From positions 448,001-512,000 of the forward strand of contig CAVSHB010000003.1 of assembly GCA_963727775.1 (NCBI GenBank): a stretch of 64,000 nucleotides of DNA, written 5' to 3'. The number at the start of each line of letters is the position of its first letter. The stretch's first letter is position 1. The notes beneath the pieces were generated by a model, which saw only the letters and a program-made list of their open reading frames with translations, was not told where the DNA came from and did no database searches. The position numbers were made by a program, and so were the translations under genes. Below are positions 9,216 through 19,181 of the stretch, piece by piece. This DNA is from an uncultured Nitrospiraceae bacterium (lineage in GTDB: Bacteria > Nitrospirota > Thermodesulfovibrionia > Thermodesulfovibrionales > SM23-35).

Positions 9216-10532
9216 ATGTCTAAACATTACCATGAGGTAAGAGATCCTATCCATATTTTTATAAAATATGACTCGTACGAGCGTGACGTTTTAGACTCTA
9301 AGCCATTTCAAAGACTTCGACACATACACCAGCTTGGCATGACCTATCTTTTATATCCGGGAGCAACTCACAAGCGATTTGAGCATTCATTAGGCGTCAT
9401 GGAACTAGCAGGTAAGGTCTACGATGTGATAACGCATCCTAACAATCTTCTTCCAGAAATCAAAGACATCCTGCCCGAAATTGAACATAAGAAGGACTAT
9501 TGGCGTGATGTGATTCGTATGGCTGGGCTTTGTCACGACATGGGGCATCTCCCATTTTCGCACGCTGCGGAGGATCTTCTTCCAAAAGGTTGGGACCATG
9601 AACGCTTCACTGTAGAATTGATTTATTCCGATGAAATGCAGAAGATTTGGAAAAAGATGAAAATCGCGCCCGAAGATGTGGCAAAGCTCGCCGTGGGACC
9701 TAAAATACTGAAAATAAAGAAGGAGCAGTTCAGCACGTGGGAGGCATTGCTATCTGAAATCATCATAGGAAATGCGTTTGGAGTTGACCGCATGGACTAT
9801 TTACTTAGAGATTCCCGCCACGCTGGAGTTTCTTATGGCAACTTCGATCTCAATCGTCTTATTGAAACTTTAAGAATACTTCCAAAAAGTGAAGACGTTC
9901 TCGAGCCAACCCTAGGAATAGAATATGGTGGTATTCATGCAGCTGAGGCCCTACTGTTTGCGCGCTACTTCATGTTTACTCAAATGTATCTTCACCCTGT
10001 GAGAAGAATTTATGACCTTCACCTGAAAGATTTTTTATGTGAGTACTTGCCTGAGGGGAAATTTAGTACTGATCTTAACAGTTTCGTTCATCTTTCTGAT
10101 AACCAACTCATGTCTGATATGATGTCTGCAACTGAAGGACCGGCCGGTAATCTCCGAACCTTTGCAAAAAGAATTATTCATCGAAATCATTTTAAGGTGA
10201 TGTATCAGAAAAATCCTGCTGATGCTCACTTTCGTGTTTTTGCTCCAGGGCGCGTCATTTATGAAGCAGCAAAAGTTGAATTTGGTGAGGACGCTGTGAG
10301 ATACGATACATATTCAAAAGAAGCAGGTGCAATTGATTTCCCCGTCCTTTACGACGACAGGAGGATTGTATCATCTCTTTCTGCGTCAGATGCATTATCA
10401 AGAATTCCTGATGCAATGATTGACTTTGTCTTTATCGATCCTTACAAGAGAGAAGCAGCTCAAAAATGGCTCACAAAAAATAGAGAAGCAATATTTAAGA
10501 AAGCCAAAGAAAGAGAAGAGGAGGAGGAATGA
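9216..10532 (+). CDS. HD-domain dNTP triphosphohydrolase-like protein (SAMHD1/YwfO type)
   Basis: RDPIH, FQRLRHIHQLG, HKRFEHSLGV, LCHDMGHLPFSH and DRMDYLLRD. Confidence 0.88.
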   Translation: MSKHYHEVRDPIHIFIKYDSYERDVLDSKPFQRLRHIHQLGMTYLLYPGATHKRFEHSLGVMELAGKVYDVITHPNNLLPEIKDILPEIEHKKDYWRDVIRMAGLCHDMGHLPFSHAAEDLLPKGWDHERFTVELIYSDEMQKIWKKMKIAPEDVAKLAVGPKILKIKKEQFSTWEALLSEIIIGNAFGVDRMDYLLRDSRHAGVSYGNFDLNRLIETLRILPKSEDVLEPTLGIEYGGIHAAEALLFARYFMFTQMYLHPVRRIYDLHLKDFLCEYLPEGKFSTDLNSFVHLSDNQLMSDMMSATEGPAGNLRTFAKRIIHRNHFKVMYQKNPADAHFRVFAPGRVIYEAAKVEFGEDAVRYDTYSKEAGAIDFPVLYDDRRIVSSLSASDALSRIPDAMIDFVFIDPYKREAAQKWLTKNREAIFKKAKEREEEEE

Positions 10533-10535
10533 ATT

Positions 10536-11087
10536 ATGGGTACTATGGAGGGCTTGAAAAGAAAAGCTGTCTTATTATCACTTATTGAAAAGATGGATAA
10601 AAATAATAGTTGGTGTGGTGAAACCCATGTTCAGAAATGTTCTTATTTCTTACAGGAAGGTCTTGGCATACCAATGGGTTATGATTTCATTCTTTACAAG
10701 CACGGACCTTTCTCTTTTGATCTTAGAGACGAACTCTCAGAAATGCGATCAAATAGTTTTCTTATTCTTCAACCACAGTATCCCTATGGATCATCTTTTT
10801 CATTCGGTTCACTGGCGGATGATTTAAAGAAACAGTTCCCAAAAACGATCGCAAAATATGAACCAGCTCTAACTTATGTTGCAGAGAACATATCAAGAAA
10901 CAAGGTTTATGAATTGGAAAAGATTGCTACAGCTCTGTACGTTGTAAAAGAGGAGCGAATTGACAAAAAAAGAGCATGTGCAAAACGCATGAACGAGATT
11001 AAGCCACACATTTCCGTAGAAGATGCCAAGGTCGCGTGCGAGCGGGTTGATGCATTACTGAGAAACTGGGAGATGTCTAGATCCTAA
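10536..11087 (+). CDS. YwgA/SocA/DarG-C-terminal-like winged-helix protein (putative antitoxin)
   Basis: VQKCSYFLQE..YDFILYKHGPFSFDLRDEL and LEKIATALY. Confidence 0.6.
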   Translation: MGTMEGLKRKAVLLSLIEKMDKNNSWCGETHVQKCSYFLQEGLGIPMGYDFILYKHGPFSFDLRDELSEMRSNSFLILQPQYPYGSSFSFGSLADDLKKQFPKTIAKYEPALTYVAENISRNKVYELEKIATALYVVKEERIDKKRACAKRMNEIKPHISVEDAKVACERVDALLRNWEMSRS

Positions 11088-11265
11088 CCTTCTCAGAACT
11101 GACGTCCTCACAGAAGTCCTCGCGAAAGATGAGACTGAGAATATTGAGGGATACAAACAGAAATTCTTGCTCAGATGTGATTAGAATAGGTTGGACAAGT
11201 TGATTGATTCATCAACGTCCCTAGCCCAGCGTTATGTAAAGTCTGCGAATTGCCAGAAAACATTC

Positions 11266-13110
11266 TTAATCTGCTTCCTCAGAAATGTAATGGTCTAAAT
11301 AATTAGCAATAGTCATTTTTTGCCCTCTAATATCAATGCCAACCCGATTTATATAACCGTTCCAATCCCTTCCAAGATCATCTTCTATATACGTACGTTC
11401 TAGCTCCTCCTCATATTTCAGAAAAGCAACAAATTTCTGTGCACTTTTTTCACGGTTCTTCTGAGCATCAGCACCCTCCAATGACGGTCTGATTGGGATA
11501 TACTTTTCCTGAAGAGGCACAATAAATTCCTCTGGCATAGGCGTATCTTCGCAGACAAATCGAAGGTAACGTTTTGGTAATATACGAAAGTACATTTTTC
11601 CGCTCGATGATATGGAGAGAAGGCTATCAACAGTTAGATGTCCCGTATGGCGACCATGTTCGCTTTGCACAAGCCCATACTCAATGCATTTATTTATAGC
11701 TTTGTCTATAAGTTCCTTCTCATAACCATACTCTCCTAAAATATTGCAAATCTCAGAATAGGATACATTTTCAGAATTATTGACAAAACCAAGAAGTCTT
11801 AGTATCGAGAGCGTATTCCGAAAATTATTTGGTGCCAGTGACCCAGTTAAGTTAAATACATTGATGATATGACTTCCTGAAACATCATAGAAGGGGTAAT
11901 GTACGCACATTAAACACTCTAACGCTAAATTGGATGAAATTCGTTCGAATACCCCGGAAATCTTTACACTACCATCTGTTGGAGTGAAGATCGCCCTGAA
12001 TAGAGATGTCAAAGGTAATTTGCAACTATGGATAAAATTGTATAAGTTGCCCACTAAGAATTTCAAATTTCCACCAGCCAAGTCAACTATTAAATCTCTA
12101 AAATCGTGCTCTTTTTCAGAAGTAATATAAATTGAAAGCGCTTTTAAGAAGTCACAGGCTCCGTCCTTGGTTATCGTAATTCTTTTTGACATATCAGATG
12201 GTGGTGGTGGCCGATAGCCACGAGGAACGTAATCTACCTCCTGGCTATATTCTTTTGCAATTTTTGGAATTTCGTCGCGAGCATGATCAAGTTTCGAGCA
12301 CATAACACTCGCAGCTGATAGCGGTCTAAGTGCCTTGTGAGCAAAATGATCCTGATCCATAAATCTCTTGACAGTGTATTCTCTTACAGTAAGAAGCACT
12401 GTAAAAGGCATATTCGCAAATCCCCGCGCATGTTGTGCTATCCTAATCCCAAACCGAATCGCTTCTCTAATTGTTGTATCCGATAGTTCATCTATATTAT
12501 CTATTATGATCACTATACACTTGAAGCGTTTAAGATTTATTAAAGCCTCAATCAGATGTTCAGCACTCAGATCTCTTGCCATTCGATAGGCTTCTTCACT
12601 ACTTGCGGGAGGAAATCCCAAGGCAGAGAATAGTGTCTTGTAAAAGGCACCCTTGTCCTCATAAAGTTTAAATCTCTGAACAGCCTCAAAGGTGGCATCT
12701 TTCAGCAAATCGGTCAGAACGGTTTGATCACCACCTACTTCTTCGCGAGGCCAGATGTCTGCTCGAATAATGAGTACGTCTCCCGAAAATGAAGCAGGAT
12801 GCTTTTCGGCGAGGTATCTACAAAGTGTTGTCTTCCCTGATCCGACACAGCCATGTAATACATATACCTTGCCAATAGAGTTACTATGTTCAGCCGTCAA
12901 AATTCCTAGTAGCTCGTCTTCATAGGTAGTGCCGCTCGATTGGTCGCGAGTGATATAATAGTCAAGATCGGCAGCAACACCTCGATCAAACGCACTGTCA
13001 AAAGCTGAAATATATGAATGAAATAAGGGGTTATAGATTAAATAATCATCTATGTTCTTCTTAACACCGTCCAGTACACGAATTCTTTGAAAACCGGTGT
13101 CCGCATTCAT
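11266..13110 (-). CDS. P-loop NTPase (KAP/STAND-like)
   Basis: Walker A GCVGSGKT, Walker B IIIIDNID, and a VLLTVR strand; AT-rich. Confidence 0.75.
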   Translation of the reverse strand: MNADTGFQRIRVLDGVKKNIDDYLIYNPLFHSYISAFDSAFDRGVAADLDYYITRDQSSGTTYEDELLGILTAEHSNSIGKVYVLHGCVGSGKTTLCRYLAEKHPASFSGDVLIIRADIWPREEVGGDQTVLTDLLKDATFEAVQRFKLYEDKGAFYKTLFSALGFPPASSEEAYRMARDLSAEHLIEALINLKRFKCIVIIIDNIDELSDTTIREAIRFGIRIAQHARGFANMPFTVLLTVREYTVKRFMDQDHFAHKALRPLSAASVMCSKLDHARDEIPKIAKEYSQEVDYVPRGYRPPPPSDMSKRITITKDGACDFLKALSIYITSEKEHDFRDLIVDLAGGNLKFLVGNLYNFIHSCKLPLTSLFRAIFTPTDGSVKISGVFERISSNLALECLMCVHYPFYDVSGSHIINVFNLTGSLAPNNFRNTLSILRLLGFVNNSENVSYSEICNILGEYGYEKELIDKAINKCIEYGLVQSEHGRHTGHLTVDSLLSISSSGKMYFRILPKRYLRFVCEDTPMPEEFIVPLQEKYIPIRPSLEGADAQKNREKSAQKFVAFLKYEEELERTYIEDDLGRDWNGYINRVGIDIRGQKMTIANYLDHYISEEAD

Positions 13111-13673
13111 TTTATCAACCTCCTTTTATAGTATTTAATGCTTGCAAATCGGATATATAAAGGATTGCGCACACGAATCCTCCTTTCTTTCATTTTAGAA
13201 CGAGCAGAATCCCGATACCGGAGGTTTAACATAAGAAAGCGCGGAGTCACATAGGGAAGTTGCTCTTCTACGCTAGGAGGAGACATTTCCGTACCGAGTT
13301 CAACAACCGTGGTCGCCTTAGCTAGCGACTCAATTGCCTCTGGAGGCGGCTGGATTATCCTCGATGGTGAAAAAAGAGCCTCGATAGTAATGTCATGTAG
13401 CGGCTGCGCGCATAAATTTACAATAGTAATGCGGACTCGGCTTCTCCACTCGCTACCTGTAGCAACAGCGTACACGTCGATTACCTGTCTTGGTCTTAAT
13501 AGAATGATTGAGATAATTGCTACAATTACTGACAGCGCAGATGGTACGCTAGTTGTCAAATTTTTTAGTAAATCCGTATTTGAGACCCCAAATTTAGAGG
13601 CAATAAAGAAGGCTGCAGAGTATAAAAAGACTACAACCAAACTTAATAATAAACCTGTCCATGCTCTGCTCAC
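13107..13673 (-). CDS. Membrane protein (2 N-terminal TM helices + beta-rich domain)
   Basis: Two hydrophobic segments; ATGA overlap with the NTPase start. Confidence 0.7.
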   Translation of the reverse strand: MSRAWTGLLLSLVVVFLYSAAFFIASKFGVSNTDLLKNLTTSVPSALSVIVAIISIILLRPRQVIDVYAVATGSEWRSRVRITIVNLCAQPLHDITIEALFSPSRIIQPPPEAIESLAKATTVVELGTEMSPPSVEEQLPYVTPRFLMLNLRYRDSARSKMKERRIRVRNPLYIRFASIKYYKRRLIK

Positions 13674-14099
13674 TCTATTAGTCGCCCTAAAATATGAGAA
13701 GGTGCAGTAAAATAGCGGATTCTAAGGCATTTGCGAATAGAATTAACCTGAACCTTTGGAGTTACATGCCTTTTAACCATTTCCCCCCTTCTTAAATGGC
13801 TCTGATCATAGCGGCTAATAAGCATTATGACAGCTAAACGATATGTCATTGATGGACAAAATGTCAATGATATTACAAATGTTGCGCTTCGAGAACACAA
13901 CAACCGTTATGCCATCCAACGCCCTCTTCTTTTAGCACTGTTGTTTTCGCCGTTTTTGCACTAATAAGGACTGAAAGCGAAGTTCTTATAACATAGGAAA
14001 TTTGTCTGGCGATTTTCGATAGAATTCGATGGTCTTTGCCCCCATTGCTTCGGCGTGATTTACAGAGAGTTAGCGAGAAGCAGGGACGCTCTTGTTCGG

Positions 14100-14390
14100 C
14101 GGTTATTTCCGGAAACAAACGGTTCCGCTGAAATAGCAGGGGTGTTTGTTATCAGCGCCCCCAACCCGGCTGAACCGGGACTGCGGTATAAAGAAACATG
14201 CGGCGTGCTGCGCTTTTGTGGCAAGCTATAATACCGCGCCGGCAAGACCGAGTTCACCAATGGTGCTCACTTGCCCGTTTATCAGCGTGGTCCTGGGTCA
14301 CGTCTGCGACATTGGTGAGTGCGACTATGGCCGCACATCCCGTTTGAGAGAATGATCAGAGATGACGTACCCATACCGGCGCGATAATCT
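14100..14390 (+). ncRNA. Putative IS110 bridge RNA
   Basis: Nested stems CGCGCCGG(14235)/CCGGCGCG(14376) and TCACCAATG(14254)/CATTGGTGA(14310), plus further hairpins, in the left end of an IS110; boundaries approximate. Confidence 0.6.
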
Positions 14391-14412
14391 GATGAGATGA
14401 TTGGAGGAAGTT

Positions 14413-15750
14413 ATGAAGAAGAGCAAGGGTGGTCTGAGCTTGACGCATCCCAATGCTGCCGGTATCGATGTAGGCTCAGAAAGTCATTTTGTTGCGGTAC
14501 CGCCTGATCGGGACGATGAACCTGTGCGTGAGTTCAGGAGTTTCACTGAAGATTTGCACCGCATAGCGCAATGGTTGTCCTCTTGTGGGGTAGACACGGT
14601 GGCAATGGAATCAACAGGGGTTTACTGGATACCGTTGTATGAGCTTTTGGAGTCAAAGGGCTTTACTGTATATCTGGTAAATGCCCGACATGTCAAGAAT
14701 GTTTCTGGCCGTAAATCCGACGTACTGGATTGTCAATGGCTACAGCAGCTGATGAGTTATGGGTTGTTGTCGGGTGCATTTAGGCCAGCGGATGAAATAT
14801 GCGCGTTGAGAGCGGTATCGAGGCAAAGAGAGATGCTTCTGAAGTATCAATCTCAACACGTGCAGCACATGCAGAAAGCGCTTACACAGATGAACATTCA
14901 GCTTGCCAATGTTATTTCTGATGTTGTAGGCGATACTGGGCAGAGGATAGTGCGGTCAATAATCGCTGGAGAGCGGGACCCTCAGAAGCTTGCAAGTATG
15001 AGAGACGGCAGGATCAAAGCAAGCGAGGAAGAGATAGCGAAATCACTTCATGGTAACTGGCGGCAAGAGCATCTGTTTGCACTTAAACAGGCCGTGGCAT
15101 TGTTTGATGCTTATGCAGAACAGCTTCGTCAATGTGATCATCAACTTGAGCAGATGCTTCGGAAACTGAAGCGGCATGAAGTGAAAGCTGCAGATAAAAA
15201 ACGACGGTCTAGCAATAAGAATGCTCCGCAGTTTGATTTGCGGTCTTATTTGGTAGGGATGTGCGGGGTGGATTTGACCCGCATCGACGGAATAGAAGTA
15301 ACCACTGCATTAAAGGTAATTTCTGAGGTAGGGACGGATTTGTCCAGATTCCCTTCCGTAAAGCATTTTACCTCGTGGTTAGGGTTATGTCCTGGCACCA
15401 AAATATCTGGTGGAAAGAAATTATCGGGAAAATCCCGGTCTGGGGCTAACCGTGCGGCGCAGGCATTACGATTAGCCGCTCAGGCATTACGGGCAAGCAA
15501 GTCGGCACTGGGAGCCTACTACCGTCGTCTATGTGGCCGTCTGGATAAGGCAAAAGCTATCACTGCAGTAGCTCACAAATTGGCGCGACTGATTTACGCA
15601 ATGCTCACGAAGGGAACAGAATATGTAGACAAGGGACAGGAGTACTACGAAGAACGATATCGGCAGCGTGTAGTCTATAACTTGAACAAAAAAGCTGCCG
15701 CCATGGGTTTCGTTCTCAGGCCAGCGGGAGAAAGGACTATTGAAATATAA
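14413..15750 (+). CDS. IS110 family transposase/recombinase
   Basis: GIDVGS, VAMESTG, KSDVLDCQWL (DEDD RuvC domain) and GLCPGTKISGG (serine loop). Confidence 0.95.
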   Translation: MKKSKGGLSLTHPNAAGIDVGSESHFVAVPPDRDDEPVREFRSFTEDLHRIAQWLSSCGVDTVAMESTGVYWIPLYELLESKGFTVYLVNARHVKNVSGRKSDVLDCQWLQQLMSYGLLSGAFRPADEICALRAVSRQREMLLKYQSQHVQHMQKALTQMNIQLANVISDVVGDTGQRIVRSIIAGERDPQKLASMRDGRIKASEEEIAKSLHGNWRQEHLFALKQAVALFDAYAEQLRQCDHQLEQMLRKLKRHEVKAADKKRRSSNKNAPQFDLRSYLVGMCGVDLTRIDGIEVTTALKVISEVGTDLSRFPSVKHFTSWLGLCPGTKISGGKKLSGKSRSGANRAAQALRLAAQALRASKSALGAYYRRLCGRLDKAKAITAVAHKLARLIYAMLTKGTEYVDKGQEYYEERYRQRVVYNLNKKAAAMGFVLRPAGERTIEI

Positions 15751-15818
15751 TTGACATCTGCGGCCCCAAGAGTTTGTTTCTTGAGAGGTGTTAGAAACGT
15801 TTTTTTGGTCAGGTATAT

Positions 15819-16283
15819 TCATGAAAGCTCCTGCACCCCGGTTTTATGTTCTTCTAACTCGTAGATCCCGTCCCTTTTTGCTTTGACGATTGAATCCGCG
15901 ATCTCTTGTCTTTTTTCAAGACGTTCCACAACGGACTTGCCAACTAGCTTAATAAGTGCCTCTCTCTTTTTCGAGGAAATAGGCAGTGATTCGATCTTAA
16001 TAAAAGCACACAGCTGTAGTGGTGTGAGCTTTTCAAATTCCTTTATTTGGGATTTTATCATATGCCTGGGGGCATTAAAGAGAAACTTTCTTGCAAACAT
16101 TATAGCCATATAAACACTATACTCAGGCTGGTTCAATACCAGATCCTTATATATATCATAAGGCACGACAATAACAGACAGCCTGTCCCCACTTGTAATT
16201 ACAACTGGCTCATCAGTTGTTGAAACCTGGTGCACAATTCCTTTGATGCGATCTCTTGCTTTTGATATATTGAGTTGAATCAT
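15819..16283 (-). CDS. Phd/YefM-like antitoxin domain with an extended C-terminus
   Basis: LNISKARDRIKGIVHQVSTTDEPVVIT..VIVVPYDIY matches the Phd N-terminal pattern. Confidence 0.65.
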   Translation of the reverse strand: MIQLNISKARDRIKGIVHQVSTTDEPVVITSGDRLSVIVVPYDIYKDLVLNQPEYSVYMAIMFARKFLFNAPRHMIKSQIKEFEKLTPLQLCAFIKIESLPISSKKREALIKLVGKSVVERLEKRQEIADSIVKAKRDGIYELEEHKTGVQELS

Positions 16284-16477
16284 ATAAATAATGTTCTCTA
16301 ACAAATAACCATAAAAGCCCGCTGCCAGTTATCATCATGGGAGAATGGTGTGCCATTTCCCCCGGTGCCGTTGAAACCGAATTACAGCAGGACAACTGGA
16401 AAACCGATCAGGGAATTAATTACTACAGAAGTTTTCCAAGGTTTTTCTTTATCTATCAAATCTTCTCCTCTAAGTCT

Positions 16478-17242
16478 TTATTCATCTCTATGAATATTGC
16501 AGCCGAGGCCTGAGTATCTCGGATCGAATACCTCTTTGGGACCTATATCGGGAAGCCCATACTCTGGCTTATTCTCTCCTGTGGTAGGGGACTTAAGAAA
16601 GAAATAGTAGCCGCCCCACCAAAATGTACTGCCAAGCGATATAACTAATAGTGGGTCAAAGATACTGTGCCGAGGAGGAATATGAGCAAGATAAAGTAGC
16701 ATAATAACAAGAGCACTAATCCCTGACGTAATTGCTATTACGCCCGCTCTCTTTATTCGCCTCTTAAGGTTATTTGCTTTATTAACCATTTCCATATCAG
16801 TATCCTCTCTTAACACAGAGCCGCAATCAGGATTCTCCGGCTTAATTCCGTACACCCTCGCCACTGTCCTCATGTTGATATCAGTTGTAACCAATTCTAC
16901 GTCGCCACCCGTTTCCTTCTTTAATGCCAGGGCAGCGCCTACTATCCTGTTGTCGCCCTTGCTGTTAAGATCATCTATCTCTACATAGTTGGTGTAGACC
17001 CTGAGCACACCACCGGTAGAAAGCCGGACTCCGACTGAGAGATCTCCGTAACTGCCGAGTCTGTCGAGAGTCCTCGCCACTTTTCTCGCCGCTTTGGCGG
17101 CATCCTCTTGATCGTTGTTCTTAAGGCCGTCTATTTCCTTAATGACGGCTGTAGGAATAACAAATATACCTTCGCCCCGATACATGTAGTCGGGGTTTTC
17201 GATTAGAACCGTTGTGTCAAGAACATATATTTTAGTTGCCAT
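16478..17242 (-). CDS. PIN-domain protein with two C-terminal TM helices
   Basis: YVLDTTVLI, VIKEIDGLK, DNRI and LVTTDINMR; hydrophobic tail; paralogue of 2606-3070. Confidence 0.85.
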   Translation of the reverse strand: MATKIYVLDTTVLIENPDYMYRGEGIFVIPTAVIKEIDGLKNNDQEDAAKAARKVARTLDRLGSYGDLSVGVRLSTGGVLRVYTNYVEIDDLNSKGDNRIVGAALALKKETGGDVELVTTDINMRTVARVYGIKPENPDCGSVLREDTDMEMVNKANNLKRRIKRAGVIAITSGISALVIMLLYLAHIPPRHSIFDPLLVISLGSTFWWGGYYFFLKSPTTGENKPEYGLPDIGPKEVFDPRYSGLGCNIHRDE

Positions 17243-17616
17243 TTTATCACTCTTCTCCTTTCTTTCATTATATGTAAGTAAAAAGAGGCGGGCAGTTTGT
17301 CAAGTCGCAACGGAGCTTTTTTATAATTTTCTTGCCGTACTTCGGCAATTGTGCGCATTATCGAATCGTCAATGTCTGCTCTTGCGCTCAGTTTCTATAT
17401 TGCCACTGCGACAATGCCTATATGGGATCGTTCTTTGGCACGCTCAAAACAGGGTGGGTCTATGAGAGGTGCCACCGGACGAGGCTTTAATAGTTTTCTA
17501 TTTTGTATATTACTTTTTGCTGAAATGTCTCCGTCCATTGATCGTGCCTCACGTTTGTCTAAGCCGCTGCACCATGCATGGCAATTCACTTAAACACCTG
17601 TCATCGACATCGTTTG

Positions 17617-18417
17617 TTATCCCTTGCTGTATTTAAGCCCTCCGGTAGGTTGGCCATCCGACCATACCCACTTGGTTTTGAACAAACCATTTTCGATGAA
17701 ATCGTCGACATGCCCAAAATGAGCGTTATCTCCCACATATATACGAGTGTCCGCGAGATCTCTGATGAGCTCGCGGTTTCTGTATAGCACCAGATTGTTA
17801 CGTGTCTCATGTAGCTTTTTGGCAAACTCTTCTATCCTGTCGCGGCTGCGCTGTACTTCTATGCGGAACGAGTACTGATCCCCGGTTCTGACTCTAAGAC
17901 TTAGTCTGAGATCGGGATACAAATCTCCTTTTCTTGCTTTTTCGGCGGCACGTCGCAGAGCGAATTCGTCGTCGAATCCGTAATGGTACGAATATATCGG
18001 ACCATCCCGTTTGATGGTCCGTACTACTTTAGTAAGATCCATGTCATGCCCGAAGGCAAATCTGCCGGGTAGATAAGGGCTTCGGATGTGGTTGCGTCGG
18101 TAAGCTGATGACCTGGTAAGCACTTCTATCGAATCTTCTGTGTTTGCATAAAGAGTAAAATTCTTACGCGTCTTTCTGTCGAAGTATCGGGCCGATTGGA
18201 TGAGTTTGTTCTTTCTCAGTTGAGACAACGATTTGAACAGCGACTCATCATTCAGCCTTGACGTGGGCTTTTCATCCGGATTATCAGTTTTCGTACGGTC
18301 TCCGAATTCGACAGTTAGAAAGTCTTTAATTTCGAGGTATGTGGCACATCCGCTTGCCAATAAATCGAATATGGCCAGTTCCATCTCACGGGGACTGATA
18401 TCATTTTTTGAACTCAA
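17617..18417 (-). CDS. Replication-relaxation (Replic_Relax)-like protein
   Basis: N-terminal wHTH-like part; GHDM..LYPDL..FRIEVQRS matches the H..PD..E signature. Confidence 0.55.
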   Translation of the reverse strand: MSSKNDISPREMELAIFDLLASGCATYLEIKDFLTVEFGDRTKTDNPDEKPTSRLNDESLFKSLSQLRKNKLIQSARYFDRKTRKNFTLYANTEDSIEVLTRSSAYRRNHIRSPYLPGRFAFGHDMDLTKVVRTIKRDGPIYSYHYGFDDEFALRRAAEKARKGDLYPDLRLSLRVRTGDQYSFRIEVQRSRDRIEEFAKKLHETRNNLVLYRNRELIRDLADTRIYVGDNAHFGHVDDFIENGLFKTKWVWSDGQPTGGLKYSKG

Positions 18418-18689
18418 AAGAAACTTACCTTTAGCAATGTGGTAACCGGAGCATTGACCGTTAAACCATGCTGAGTTGCCGGCACTTTTCCGGTCGTATC
18501 AATAAAAATCAAAGTTATGGTAGAAATAGAGGGTAATCGGAACGCCAGTATTTGCCATAACATCTTATTTTTTAAAGATATATCCGCAAATCCCCAATTT
18601 TTCATCTGAACATTACCTGAACTCAAGCTGACATCAACCTGAAATCTTCCTGACTGATCCGAAGATGCCCATTTTTTACTGAGATCCAT
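18414..18689 (-). CDS. Hypothetical protein
   Basis: 91-aa ORF packed in the same operon, overlapping the next start. Confidence 0.45.
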   Translation of the reverse strand: MDLSKKWASSDQSGRFQVDVSLSSGNVQMKNWGFADISLKNKMLWQILAFRLPSISTITLIFIDTTGKVPATQHGLTVNAPVTTLLKVSFF

Positions 18690-18699
18690 AACCCTTCCA

Positions 18700-19083
18700 C
18701 TATTGCACGAGTTTCAGCTTAACCAACTCTGCTGACTCTGCGATTAATCTGCGCTGAAGCGACCAGCCATTCTTGATGGATGATGCACGTTTCTTGCCGA
18801 CGCCCTTTACCGTAAGAAGCTCATTTGGGGTGGTTTCTATGACTTGAGCTGTTTTGACACCAAAAACCTTCACTATCTTTCTTGCAGTCACCGGTCCAAC
18901 GTCGTAAAAAACAGATGAACTCAAGTAGCTCCTTAAGTCGGCAAGCGTTGCAGCTTCAGATGATCTGATTAACATCTTAGTCTTTGCAGTTTTGTCATCA
19001 TCAATCTTTATAACCTTCTCTGACCTTTTTACGCCAATATTCTGTGCACTGCTGTTTAGTGTTATAGCGCTTGTCGTTCCCAA
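18700..19083 (-). CDS. Helix-hairpin-helix protein resembling the RecD2 N-terminus
   Basis: YLSS..VGPVTARKIVKVFG..IETTPNELLTVKGVGKKRASSIKNGW. Confidence 0.7.
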   Translation of the reverse strand: MGTTSAITLNSSAQNIGVKRSEKVIKIDDDKTAKTKMLIRSSEAATLADLRSYLSSSVFYDVGPVTARKIVKVFGVKTAQVIETTPNELLTVKGVGKKRASSIKNGWSLQRRLIAESAELVKLKLVQ

Positions 19084-19181
19084 CTTATCGCCTCCTTTGA
19101 TTTGTCATCTTCTCCGCAAATATCCGCTCAAATTGAATAGATAATTGCAAAATTTCTTACCAAAGAGATCTCTTTGTTCCA

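Larger units (their letters stand above)
14065..15787 (+). mobile_element. IS110-family insertion sequence
   Basis: Recombinase gene, ~340 bp left non-coding end, no terminal inverted repeats, GAGAG at both presumed junctions (14065-14069, 15783-15787). Confidence 0.75.

Noticed and set aside
11225..13920. Integron attC sites around the NTPase/TM genes (CATAAC and GTTGGAT motifs)
   Set aside because: No convincing L/R box hairpin could be built and no IntI gene is present.
15751..15787. IS110 circle-junction promoter from TTGACA at 15751
   Set aside because: No -10 box falls at 16-18 bp spacing, with or without circularisation.
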